DNA of 51,238 bases, taken from a bacterium. GTDB lineage: Bacteria; CLD3; SB21. The stretch is taken from positions 1 to 51,238 of the forward strand of contig JANNSF010000175.1 in the NCBI GenBank assembly GCA_031402315.1, given 5' to 3'. Position numbers and translations under genes: made by a program. Shown here piece after piece: positions 1 through 8,657 of this stretch. Position 1 is the stretch's first letter. Each line of letters opens with the position of its first letter. The notes below the pieces were generated by a model. It did no database searches and was not told the DNA's origin. It saw only the letters and a list, made by a program, of their open reading frames with translations.

Positions 1-683
1 ATTTTTGGAATAACTATATATATGGCGATACGGATGAACTATTCTTACCTGTGCAAAATTTTTCGGGTGAAACCAATATCATTCTTTCTTTTGATGTTGC
101 TTATGCCCAATACAACGGGACTTCGGATGACAAACTGAGTGTGATGACGTCTACAAACTGTGGCGCTACATGGACGAGTGTGTATTCAAAGCAAGGGGCT
201 GTGTTGACAACCGCGCCTTCTAATTCTACAAGTACTTTTTTGCCCAATGCAACGCAATGGCGCAGAGATACAGTTTATTTGAATGCATTGGCCAATCAAA
301 CTTTTGTGCTGGTAAAGTTTTCGGCTATTGCAGGTTATGGCAATAATCTATATCTGGATCATGTTAATCTTGGTAAACCCGGCACTACCGGAACCACTAC
401 CTCAGTGAGTGAAATCAATAGAAATACCATTAGCTGTCAATTATTCCCTAACCCAAGTTCCAACATAACTGCACTTTCTGTCCATTTATCACAAAATGAA
501 TCTATTGAAATTACAATTCTCAACAGTATAGGGCAATTGGTCTATTCTTCAAAAAACAACAGCCTTTTTGTCGGGTCCAATACCATTCACATTAATACTG
601 AAGCTTGGGCGGCGGGAGTTTATGTGGTGAATGTATCCAGTTCAAAAGCTATAGTAAATACCAAATTAATAATTGAAAAATAA
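1..683 (+). CDS. Secreted protein, 5'-truncated by the window edge, ending in a type IX secretion (Por) C-terminal sorting domain
   Basis: Frame 3 is open from nt 3 to the stop at 681-683, so the GTG at 51 in the ORF track is not the true start. The last ~80 aa (LFPNPSSNITALSV..ITILNSIGQLVY..GVYVVNVSS..KLIIEK) fit the T9SS C-terminal domain pattern. The upstream part is Ser/Thr/Asn-rich and looks beta-rich. Confidence 0.7.
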   Translation, partial: FWNNYIYGDTDELFLPVQNFSGETNIILSFDVAYAQYNGTSDDKLSVMTSTNCGATWTSVYSKQGAVLTTAPSNSTSTFLPNATQWRRDTVYLNALANQTFVLVKFSAIAGYGNNLYLDHVNLGKPGTTGTTTSVSEINRNTISCQLFPNPSSNITALSVHLSQNESIEITILNSIGQLVYSSKNNSLFVGSNTIHINTEAWAAGVYVVNVSSSKAIVNTKLIIEK

Positions 684-819
684 CTTTACGAAACGTTAGA
701 TACAAGAGCTAACAATTGGATTAACCATTAAACCCTGAACAGACCGTGGAGAAATTCAACAGTCTACGATGTAAGTGTTTGTTTGAACGGCTTGGTTACT
801 TCTTGCGAACTTTTGAGTT

Positions 820-1389
820 TTAAACCTTAAGCAGGCCACGGAATCCCCTGCCAGCATAATACGATTCGGCCCCGTTGTGATACACAAAAACGGTTCCATA
901 GCGAAAATCAGCGAAGATCGCCCCGCCTAACTTTCTAATTAAAGCTGGTGCTTTTACCCAACTGGATGTTTTTGTATCAAACTTTCCAAACTTTTGCAAT
1001 GCGCGATATTGCTCTTCCGTTAATAACTCAATACCCATTTCGGCGGCCATACCCTCAGCACTGGCTTTAGGTTTATTTTCTTTTCGTGAGTCAAGTGCTT
1101 CTTGATCGTAGCATATACTTCTGCGACCTATAGGGCTTTCATCCGAACAATCATAGAAGGTGTACTCGTCTGTTTTTTTATCATACGCCACCACATCAGG
1201 TTCTCCACCCGTTTCCTCCATTTTATGAAGTGACCACATTTTTTGAAAATTTGCTTTTAGTTTAGCTTCCAATTTAAGCCATTCAATCCCTTCATGACGC
1301 TTCCCATTTTTTTCAAAACGAATCTTTAACGTATTGAGCAGTTCTTCGCGTTGTTTTGGAAGCAACTCTTTTTTACTTGTCTTTGCCAT
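820..1389 (-). CDS. DUF4256 family protein (function unknown)
   Basis: The 189-aa ORF matches, over nearly its full length, the DUF4256 pattern as I recall it (WSLHKMEETGGEPDVV, YDCSDESPIGRRSICYD, MGIELLTEEQYRALQ, DTKTSSWV, VFVYHNGAESYYAGRGFRG). AT-rich. Confidence 0.7.
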   Translation of the reverse strand: MAKTSKKELLPKQREELLNTLKIRFEKNGKRHEGIEWLKLEAKLKANFQKMWSLHKMEETGGEPDVVAYDKKTDEYTFYDCSDESPIGRRSICYDQEALDSRKENKPKASAEGMAAEMGIELLTEEQYRALQKFGKFDTKTSSWVKAPALIRKLGGAIFADFRYGTVFVYHNGAESYYAGRGFRGLLKV

Positions 1390-1529
1390 ACTGTTTTTAT
1401 ATTCTAATATCTTGTATTGAGTAAAAATTAATTCATCAACTTTATCAAACCGTGTCTGATTTAGAGGGGGTTAGACTTTGAACCGCCACTTTTGCCAAAC
1501 CCGTGTTATAGGCTGCCCTTCTTGTCTGT

Positions 1530-2021
1530 TTATTTCATTTTGTTAAACATATAACGGCTTATTTTCCATTGTCCGTCCACCTTTCGAAGCACAAACAATT
1601 CTCTGTTTTCTTCTGGAACTGTCTGCCCGTTTGCGTGAATAAGTGTTGTGCCTTTTGAAGTTGTCCTTGCAAACGCATAGTCGCCATCAACGACAATTTC
1701 GTCAATGAAAAACTCAATATGCAATTGAATGGTTTTAAATACAAATTCATAAGAACCCTTTATCTGTTCCTGTCCACTTGCGGAAGGTCCGTTTGAAGGC
1801 ATAAATACACCGTCTTGAGTATAAAGCGGTAATACTTGAGCAACATTGGAAGCATTTAGTGCGTCACGGTATGAGAATAACATTTTCTCAATGGCTTGTT
1901 TTTCTGTTGTTGTAGTCATTTCTGTTTTGTTTTTATTACTATCAATTGATTGTTTTTCTGTATTGTTTTGGCAACTCGTAGCAAGTATGAGCAGAACCGC
2001 TGGAATAATTATTTTTTTCAT
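1530..2021 (-). CDS. NTF2-fold (SnoaL/DUF4440-like) lipoprotein
   Basis: A lipoprotein-type signal (MKKIIIPAVLLILATSC) is followed by a ~120-aa region typical of NTF2-like/DUF4440 proteins (..YRDALNASNV..LYTQDGVFMP...DGDYAFAR...ENRELFVLRKVDGQWKISRYMFN). Confidence 0.6.
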   Translation of the reverse strand: MKKIIIPAVLLILATSCQNNTEKQSIDSNKNKTEMTTTTEKQAIEKMLFSYRDALNASNVAQVLPLYTQDGVFMPSNGPSASGQEQIKGSYEFVFKTIQLHIEFFIDEIVVDGDYAFARTTSKGTTLIHANGQTVPEENRELFVLRKVDGQWKISRYMFNKMK

Positions 2022-2094
2022 TTTCTTATTGATTTAATTACGTTGTAAAGTTGAGTAATTGTTATAGCCAGTGCATTTAGCAACATTATTTACG

Positions 2095-2787
2095 TTAATT
2101 TTTTTCATTATTGATAGCAGGTCGTATACCATAAATTAGCAAATAACCAATCATCCAAAATTCTCCAACTGTCGCAGGTATAACAAGGATATCTGAATAC
2201 GGACTATGAACTCCTGCGCAGATAATAAAGGTCTGCAAGATGTATCCTATTCCACCAATAAATAGTATTCGTCCGAGCCAAACAGGCATTCTTCCTGAAC
2301 TGATTACAATAGCCCCCATTGGCATTAGCCAAAGTCCAAAGAAAAGACCACCAACTGACCAAGCATTTGTGATTAGTTGCCCTAATAGTTGCATCATTAT
2401 TGCTTTCTCTTGTAAATTCGGCAAAGATGAATTAGCAATCTCAATGGCAGAGTTCATCGCTATTGCACTAACCACAATTACAACAGCGTTAACTGTTCCC
2501 CAAATTCCAAGTATAGAGGCCGCCCATTTGTTTATTTCACGAAACAGTCTATAAAACCATACTGCGGCAAGTGCTTGCGAAACAACAATAAGCAACTCAA
2601 ATAGAAGTCTCACTCTTGAAGTTGTCTCAAGCTCAGTTAAATTTGTCAACGTTTTTTGAGGGTCGCCAGAAACGAAAATCTGTGGGTGAAAAATTAGAAA
2701 TCCCAAAATCCCAGAAATTGCCAAGATCAAATACCACAAACCTGTAAGTCTTGCAGTCTTAATTAATTGTTTTTGTTCCATTGTCAT
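2095..2787 (-). CDS. DUF4386-like integral membrane protein
   Basis: The 230-aa ORF has about 6 hydrophobic helices. The N-terminal pattern (ARLTGLWYLILAISGILGF...DPQKTLTNL) recalls DUF4386. No enzymatic motif was seen. Confidence 0.55.
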   Translation of the reverse strand: MTMEQKQLIKTARLTGLWYLILAISGILGFLIFHPQIFVSGDPQKTLTNLTELETTSRVRLLFELLIVVSQALAAVWFYRLFREINKWAASILGIWGTVNAVVIVVSAIAMNSAIEIANSSLPNLQEKAIMMQLLGQLITNAWSVGGLFFGLWLMPMGAIVISSGRMPVWLGRILFIGGIGYILQTFIICAGVHSPYSDILVIPATVGEFWMIGYLLIYGIRPAINNEKN

Positions 2788-2812
2788 TTTTCCGTTTGTT
2801 TACTGTTTAATT

Positions 2813-2921
2813 GCATTGGCTATAGCGTTTTGCAGATTTGCGATGGGCGGGATTTTCACCACTGAACTTTATGCGGAGCACGAAACCCCGCCTATTGCAA
2901 ATGTGCTGTTATAGCCAGTGC
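2813..2921. repeat. 109-bp imperfect palindrome with GCAYTGGCTATARC termini (attC-like or MITE-like element)
   Basis: The left arm at 2813-2851 is gcattggctatagcgttttgcagatttgcgatgggcggg. The right arm at 2886-2921 has reverse complement gcactggctataacagcacatttgcaataggcgggg. The arms align with a few mismatches and indels, and the central spacer is about 34 nt. Confidence 0.65.
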
Positions 2922-4062
2922 TTCTTGTCATTTGTCGCCAAAGTTTGATGATGCACCCTTGTTTCATTTTTCCGTCAAGCACAAGTCCAACTGCCTTTTT
3001 CAAGTCGTCAAGTGGAATTGAGTCAGTTTTCCAGCCGTAAGGATATGTAATGTGTGAACTTGTTTTTTTGTCTTTTTCGCAGAGTATATGTTTGGCTCCG
3101 TCTGGTAATTGGGTGGTCTTTTCAACCATAAAAGTCCGTTCTACTTTATCTCCTGCTTTAGTTAGCAAATAAACTTTGTAAGAAATGTCTAAACTTTCTT
3201 TTGGGTCAACGAGATATTTGTAAACTGTCATTTTCTGTCCGCCCCATTCATACTCGTCAATTGCTACATTTTTATATTTCATATCGTCTTCAGAAAGTTG
3301 GTTATTGTTGTAAGCAACTTTCATTAGTCCTAAGATGCTGTCAGCCTTTACATATTCTTTAGCACCATTGTATGACTTGATTAGTTTAGGATAATATTCA
3401 AAGTCCTTGGGATTAATGTTTATTACTTGCGAATAAGCCTTGGCAGATTTCAAATAGTCTTTTGTAAATGTGTATTCAAGTTGTCCGATAGTTTGAAGGG
3501 TTGTTAAATAGTAGCTATTTGTTTTCGGAACGTTGTCCGCTGCTTCGTAAAATAATGTCAACGCTTTTGCGAATTCCTTTTTTTCGTGATAGATGTGGGC
3601 TACCCAAAAGAATGGCTCACCAAAAGTATTTGGAAGTTTCTTAGCTTCTTCAAAGACTGCAAGTGCTTTGTCCTGCTGCCCTTGATAGTAAAGGATAAGT
3701 CCTTTCTCATTTACAAACTCCTGATTTGTCGACTCTTTTTTTATTGCACTTTCAATTTCTTTCATTGCCTCGTCATACTTTTTAATGTAACGAAGTGAAA
3801 GTCCTTTATAAAAGTGAACTGAACCATTGTCAAGTCCTTTTGAGATTGCTTTGTCGTAAAACTCAATTGCTTTGTTGTCGTTTTCGAGTTGGAAAAATGC
3901 GAAGCCTACCATATACAATTCGTCAGGCGTTAGTTTGTCCGCTTTACTCTCAAGTTTAATAAGGTCTTGATAATTCTTGTTGTTGTAAAGTTCTGTTGCA
4001 GTCTGTCCGTATGAAAACGAATAGAGCAAAACTGTCAAAATGAATGTCGCTGTTTTTCTCAT
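2869..4062 (-). CDS. TPR-repeat protein with N-terminal signal peptide
   Basis: Signal peptide MRKTATFILTVLLYSFSYGQ, followed by several 34-aa TPR-like units (A..FY.KAI..., G.SL.Y.KKYDEA...). The last ~18 codons run into the palindromic element at 2813-2921, so the true C-terminus is uncertain. Confidence 0.6.
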   Translation of the reverse strand: MRKTATFILTVLLYSFSYGQTATELYNNKNYQDLIKLESKADKLTPDELYMVGFAFFQLENDNKAIEFYDKAISKGLDNGSVHFYKGLSLRYIKKYDEAMKEIESAIKKESTNQEFVNEKGLILYYQGQQDKALAVFEEAKKLPNTFGEPFFWVAHIYHEKKEFAKALTLFYEAADNVPKTNSYYLTTLQTIGQLEYTFTKDYLKSAKAYSQVININPKDFEYYPKLIKSYNGAKEYVKADSILGLMKVAYNNNQLSEDDMKYKNVAIDEYEWGGQKMTVYKYLVDPKESLDISYKVYLLTKAGDKVERTFMVEKTTQLPDGAKHILCEKDKKTSSHITYPYGWKTDSIPLDDLKKAVGLVLDGKMKQGCIIKLWRQMTRSTGYNSTFAIGGVSCSA

Positions 4063-4509
4063 ATGTTTTGTTGTCGTTGTGTCGTCTGTTAGTATTGGCT
4101 ATAACTTGTTTATAGCGGCCACAAAATCACACCTATGCAACAAAAACACGCTGGCTTTGTGCCATAAGTAGCCGAAGTTATTTTGTAATTCAAACACATA
4201 CAAAGATTACTATATATCAGACCGAAAGTCAATGAAGAGGTCACACTTGTTTTCACTTCTTATCTTCCTCGTCAGGTCGCAGAACCGATAAGCGCCAGAA
4301 TTTAAAGGCTTCACGCCTCGTTGAATGGTCCATTGGAGCGAGAGGAAATGGACTTGTCATTGTAGTTCATGCTCCCATCAATAAATCCGAGCTGAAGACA
4401 AAAATAGTTCCGGACTCGGGCTATCCACAGAATCCCTTTTGAAAGGCCGCGCCTGCCATTTTGATTAAAATAATCTTTCCCTGAAAATATTTTCTATATA
4501 TTCTGTTCG

Positions 4510-6621
4510 ATGAAACCTTCACTCTCAACAGAAATCAAGTATCTCAAAGGCGTCGGTCCTAAACGCGCCGAAGCTTTGAATTCGGTTGGCATTCATACGT
4601 TTGCAGACCTCCTCGATTATTTTCCGCGCAAATATATTGATCGCGCCAATATGATGAAAATCGAGGACATCAAGGTCGGCGATCAGGTGACCATTATTGG
4701 CCAGGTTGAGGATTTCAATTTGAAGTCCAATCGCAAGGGATTCGGCGGGCGATTTGAACTCATGCTCACAGATGACACAGGGCGTCTGCAACTCGTTTGG
4801 TTTCAGGGCGCGCAGTGGGTGAAGAATGCCTTTGAAGTGGGCGAGACGATCGCGGTTTATGGAAAAGTGGATCAATTCGGCTACTTCAAACAAATCGCAC
4901 ATCCGGAAGTGGACAGGCTCGACTCCGAAGAATCCGATAATTTTATTCACACCGGCGCCCTCATTCCGCTTTATCCTTCGACGGAATTTCTTCGCCGCAT
5001 GTCATTAGAAAGCCGTGGATTTCGAAAGCTGATCTATCCGATTTTGGATATGACGTCGGAATTTCAGGAAACTCTTTCTCCGGAAATAATTCTCGCCCAT
5101 CAATTATTGCCGCTATCCGCAGCCCTCCGTCAGATTCATCAACCGATTACTCAGCAAAATCGCCTCAAAGCCGAAGAGCGCATTAAATTCGAAGAACTCT
5201 TCTACCTTCAACTCATGATGGCGATAAGAAAAAAGTCAATCCAATCGCCCAAAGGCATACCGTTTACGGAAAGGGTTACAAAAACAAAGACTCTTTTAGC
5301 TAAATTGCCTTTCGAACTCACCGCGGCGCAAAAAAAAGTGATTCGTGAAATTTATAATGACATGTTATTGCCGCGCCCTATGAATCGACTTGTGCAAGGC
5401 GACGTCGGAAGCGGGAAAACCATTGTCGCGGTGATCGCGATCCTGCTCGCGGTGGAGAATGGCTACCAGACTGCCTTTATGGCGCCGACTGAAATTCTAG
5501 CGGAGCAACACTATTTCGTTTTGCAGGAATTGCTGTGGGAACTCGGGGTGCGAATCGCTTTGATCAAGGGTGGTCAGAAAAAATCTGAGCGAGAAAGTAT
5601 TCTAGAGGACATTCGAACGCATCAAGTGGATATCGTGATCGGAACGCATGCAATATTTCAGGAGCGCGTCGAGTTTGAAAAGCTCGGGTTCGTCGTCATC
5701 GACGAGCAGCATCGCTTCGGCGTCATGCAGCGCGCCGAAATTCGCCAAAAAGCGGTGGCTAAAGGATTTCATCCCGATGTCCTTGTCATGACCGCCACAC
5801 CCATTCCACGCACACTGGCCATGGCCATTTACGGCGACTTGGATATTTCGATCATCGGTGAAATGCCGGTTGGACGCAAGCCCATTAAGACGGCTGTCCG
5901 AAACGAAGGTGCGCGTGAAAAGATCTATGCCTTCTTGCGCGAACAGGTTACGGCAGGTCGGCAGATTTACATCGTCTATCCCTTGATCGAAGAGTCGGAA
6001 AAAATTGATTTGAAAGCGGCGAAGGAAGCCTTCGAAGAATTGCAAACCAAAATCTACCCGGATTTGCGTATCGGCTTGCTTCATGGAAAAATGAAGAGCG
6101 CTGAAAAACAAGATATCATGGCGAAATTGAAAAAACACGAACTCGATATCCTCGTCAGCACGACCGTGATCGAGGTCGGAATCAATATTCCGAATGCAAG
6201 CGTCATGCTGATCGAACACGCGGAAAGATTTGGTCTCTCTCAACTTCACCAGTTGCGGGGCCGAGTGGGACGGGGCTCGGATCAATCGTATTGTATCTTG
6301 ATGGTCGGAAAAAAGTTCCTCATGGAACATACCGAAATCCGGCTCAATGTCATGGAAGAAACAACGGACGGCTTTCAAATTGCGGAAGAAGATCTAAAAT
6401 TACGCGGGCCGGGAGAATTTTTAGGTACGAAACAATCCGGGCTTCCCGAACTCAAACTTGCGAATATTATCTGGGATAAAGACCTGATGGCTTTGGCGAG
6501 AACTTCGGCATTTGATCTCATCGAAAAAGATCCACAATTGCGTGCGCCTCAAAATAGTATGATTAAAGAAAAATTTGAAAGACTCTTTCGTGAGAAGATA
6601 TTTTTAGGGGATGTGAGCTAA
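4510..6621 (+). CDS. recG: ATP-dependent DNA helicase RecG
   Basis: 703 aa with an N-terminal wedge/OB region and SF2 motifs GDVGSGKT, VIDEQHRFG, MTATPIPRT and QLHQLRGRVGRG. Length and motif order are typical of RecG. Confidence 0.95.
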   Translation: MKPSLSTEIKYLKGVGPKRAEALNSVGIHTFADLLDYFPRKYIDRANMMKIEDIKVGDQVTIIGQVEDFNLKSNRKGFGGRFELMLTDDTGRLQLVWFQGAQWVKNAFEVGETIAVYGKVDQFGYFKQIAHPEVDRLDSEESDNFIHTGALIPLYPSTEFLRRMSLESRGFRKLIYPILDMTSEFQETLSPEIILAHQLLPLSAALRQIHQPITQQNRLKAEERIKFEELFYLQLMMAIRKKSIQSPKGIPFTERVTKTKTLLAKLPFELTAAQKKVIREIYNDMLLPRPMNRLVQGDVGSGKTIVAVIAILLAVENGYQTAFMAPTEILAEQHYFVLQELLWELGVRIALIKGGQKKSERESILEDIRTHQVDIVIGTHAIFQERVEFEKLGFVVIDEQHRFGVMQRAEIRQKAVAKGFHPDVLVMTATPIPRTLAMAIYGDLDISIIGEMPVGRKPIKTAVRNEGAREKIYAFLREQVTAGRQIYIVYPLIEESEKIDLKAAKEAFEELQTKIYPDLRIGLLHGKMKSAEKQDIMAKLKKHELDILVSTTVIEVGINIPNASVMLIEHAERFGLSQLHQLRGRVGRGSDQSYCILMVGKKFLMEHTEIRLNVMEETTDGFQIAEEDLKLRGPGEFLGTKQSGLPELKLANIIWDKDLMALARTSAFDLIEKDPQLRAPQNSMIKEKFERLFREKIFLGDVS

Positions 6622-6746
6622 TGTCTGCGTACCGCTTCTGGTATGCTGTCACGAAAAAGGTTGTTTATTATGCAGAAAATAATATCGCGCCGAAGAAAAT
6701 GCGCTATGGAGTTTGATTTTTATTAAACCGTAAACACTAAACCATT

Positions 6747-7040
6747 TTAACGATGCAAAATGCGAATTGACTTTAAGATGGCCTCTTCATCGACAAGACG
6801 ATTCGTCACATATTTATGGAGAATACTCGATATCAATGTTTGATAGGGCAGACCTTCTTGTTTGGATCGGAGTTTGAGTTCTTCCAATACACTTTCTGAA
6901 ATCCGTATGTTTACCGTTCGGCTTTTGCGAACACGAGTGATCAGCGTTTCTATTTTTTGTCTTTTTTTCTTGTCGAGAGGACGGTAGGCGCTTGCGGCGT
7001 CCTCAATTTGCTGTTCGAATGAATCCAATTTAGAGCTCAT
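6747..7040 (-). CDS. brnA: BrnA-like ribbon-helix-helix (CopG family) antitoxin
   Basis: 97 aa. The C-terminal RHH-like segment (TVNIRISESVLEELKLRSKQEGLPYQTLISSILHKYV) is typical of BrnA/CopG antitoxins. The gene starts 8 nt downstream of the putative toxin gene on the same strand. Confidence 0.65.
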   Translation of the reverse strand: MSSKLDSFEQQIEDAASAYRPLDKKKRQKIETLITRVRKSRTVNIRISESVLEELKLRSKQEGLPYQTLISSILHKYVTNRLVDEEAILKSIRILHR

Positions 7041-7047
7041 GGTTCTC

Positions 7048-7305
7048 CTATTTGAAAAGTTTATGAAATTTCCTGCTTGGAAATATTGTTTTCAGAACAA
7101 TATTATTATCTGCATCGACAATAAAAGGAACGACATGCGTATAGGACTTGTATCGGACAATGAAAATCATTTGATTCGGTCGTACCGGATTTTCGAGTAT
7201 GTGCAAATACTTTTGGTCAAGGATAATTTGTGCAACATCCTCAAAAGACACGCCTCGGGTTTCTTTTAATTTTTTGTTTTTTGTTTCGCTCCAAAGAATA
7301 GTCAT
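7048..7305 (-). CDS. brnT: BrnT-like (DUF497) toxin
   Basis: 85 aa. The N-terminus ILWSETKNKKLKETRGVSFEDV matches the W-x3-K-N-x7-G-x-SFE signature of BrnT/DUF497. The toxin-first gene order is typical of BrnTA. Confidence 0.6.
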   Translation of the reverse strand: MTILWSETKNKKLKETRGVSFEDVAQIILDQKYLHILENPVRPNQMIFIVRYKSYTHVVPFIVDADNNIVLKTIFPSRKFHKLFK

Positions 7306-7384
7306 TGGTCAAATATATGGCATATCGTATACATTGTCAACTTAGGCGCCTCAAATGAAGCCTTCACCTAGCGAGTAACAACTA

Positions 7385-8650
7385 ATGTCCACCCCTCACG
7401 ACGCCTACGCTGTTCTTCGGTTGCCTGAATTTCGCTGGTTCATTTTTGCCAAATTCCTCTTCATTCTGGCTGTACAAATGCAAAGTACGATCGTAGGCTG
7501 GCAGATTTATGAAATCACGAAGGACCCTTTATCCTTGGGGCTTATCGGACTGGCGGAAATCCTTCCTTTTTTTGCGGTGGCACTGCATGCCGGCCATGTC
7601 GCGGACGTGGTGCCAAGACGACGAATCATTATTTTGGCAACGTCTGCTTTTTTTATCGGCGTGATCTCACTGCTTTTCTTTACGCTTGACGATGGCGCGG
7701 TATTGAAGCGCCACGGAGTTTGGCCCATTTATGCGGTGATTGCTTTGACCGGATTGGCGCGTGCCTTTGACGGGCCTGCGATGAATGCGTTCGTCACGCA
7801 AATCGTCCCACGGGAACTTTATCCCAATTCCGCCGCGTGGGGCAGCACGACCTGGCAAACGGCGGCCGTTATGGGGCCGGCGCTGGGTGGTGCGATCTAC
7901 GGCTGGGCCGGTGTTACGGCGGCATACGCCACGGCGGCAGGACTTGCCGCGCTTGCCATCGTTGGAATGACGCTGGTGAAGCCAAGACCTTTGCCGGTGC
8001 GTGAGATGGAAGAATCTGTAGCCGAGAGCCTTAAAGCCGGAATTCGTTTTGTATTCAAAACGCCAATTATCCTGGGCTCGATTTCACTTGATATGTTTGC
8101 GGTTCTATTCGGCGGGGCGGTCGCTCTTTTACCTATTTTTGCGGCTGAGGTTCTGCATGTCGGGCCGGAAGGTTTAGGTGCTTTGCGTGCTGCGCCATTT
8201 ATCGGAGCTGCCATAACCGCCATTTTTTTGGCGCATCGTCCTCCCAAACGTCGTGCCGGAATCATACTTCTTCAATGTGTTGCCGGATTTGGATTTTGTA
8301 TCATCGCGTTTGCGCTATCGGTTAATTTATACTTATCGCTATTTATTCTCGCGCTCAGCGGCGCTTTGGATTGCGTCAGTGTGATCATCCGCGCAACCAT
8401 TCTACAACTTTATACGCCGGATGCCATGCGCGGTCGCGTTTCCGCCGTGGACAGTATTTTTATTGGTTCGTCCAATGAACTCGGCGCTTTCGAATCAGGC
8501 GTTGCGGCAAAACTGCTGGGACTTGTCCGCTCTGTAGTTTTTGGAGGAACAATGACTTTGATCGTAGTAGCCGCTACAGCGTATCTCGCTCCGGCATTGA
8601 GGAAGCTGCATATTGGGGCGGGACATGATGACGAATTGAAAGGTAATTAG
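7385..8650 (+). CDS. MFS transporter (EntS/MFS_3-like exporter)
   Basis: 421 aa with about 12 hydrophobic helices and an MFS loop motif (GHVADVVPRRR). Noticeably G+C-richer than its neighbours. Confidence 0.8.
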   Translation: MSTPHDAYAVLRLPEFRWFIFAKFLFILAVQMQSTIVGWQIYEITKDPLSLGLIGLAEILPFFAVALHAGHVADVVPRRRIIILATSAFFIGVISLLFFTLDDGAVLKRHGVWPIYAVIALTGLARAFDGPAMNAFVTQIVPRELYPNSAAWGSTTWQTAAVMGPALGGAIYGWAGVTAAYATAAGLAALAIVGMTLVKPRPLPVREMEESVAESLKAGIRFVFKTPIILGSISLDMFAVLFGGAVALLPIFAAEVLHVGPEGLGALRAAPFIGAAITAIFLAHRPPKRRAGIILLQCVAGFGFCIIAFALSVNLYLSLFILALSGALDCVSVIIRATILQLYTPDAMRGRVSAVDSIFIGSSNELGAFESGVAAKLLGLVRSVVFGGTMTLIVVAATAYLAPALRKLHIGAGHDDELKGN

Positions 8651-8657
8651 CATCCTC

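Noticed and set aside
4236-4441. Stop-free ~68-codon frame as a pseudogene remnant
   Set aside because: It has no start codon, and I recognise no motif in either strand's translation. I cannot support a pseudogene call without a database search.
5602-6378. 258-aa minus-strand ORF inside recG, plus smaller ones at 4525-4950 and 6291-6479
   Set aside because: These ORFs lie entirely within and antisense to, or out of frame with, a gene carrying unmistakable RecG motifs. Their composition is low-complexity and Arg/Phe/Asp-rich. They are shadow ORFs.
7507-8265. Several 60-120-aa ORFs overlapping the MFS transporter gene on both strands
   Set aside because: Their Arg/Pro/Ala-rich translations are typical of alternative frames in a G+C-rich gene. 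The MFS frame explains the region.
7385-8650. Horizontal acquisition of the MFS gene inferred from its higher G+C
   Set aside because: This rests only on hand counts of a few 60-nt lines (about 53% and higher). Membrane-protein codon bias could also contribute, and there are no flanking repeats or mobility genes.
8651-8657. Intrinsic terminators at the tight convergent junctions (8651-8657, 19605-19607, 41589-41595)
   Set aside because: The gaps are 3-7 nt with no room for a hairpin. I saw no convincing stem plus T-tract inside the adjacent gene ends, so no terminator features are reported.
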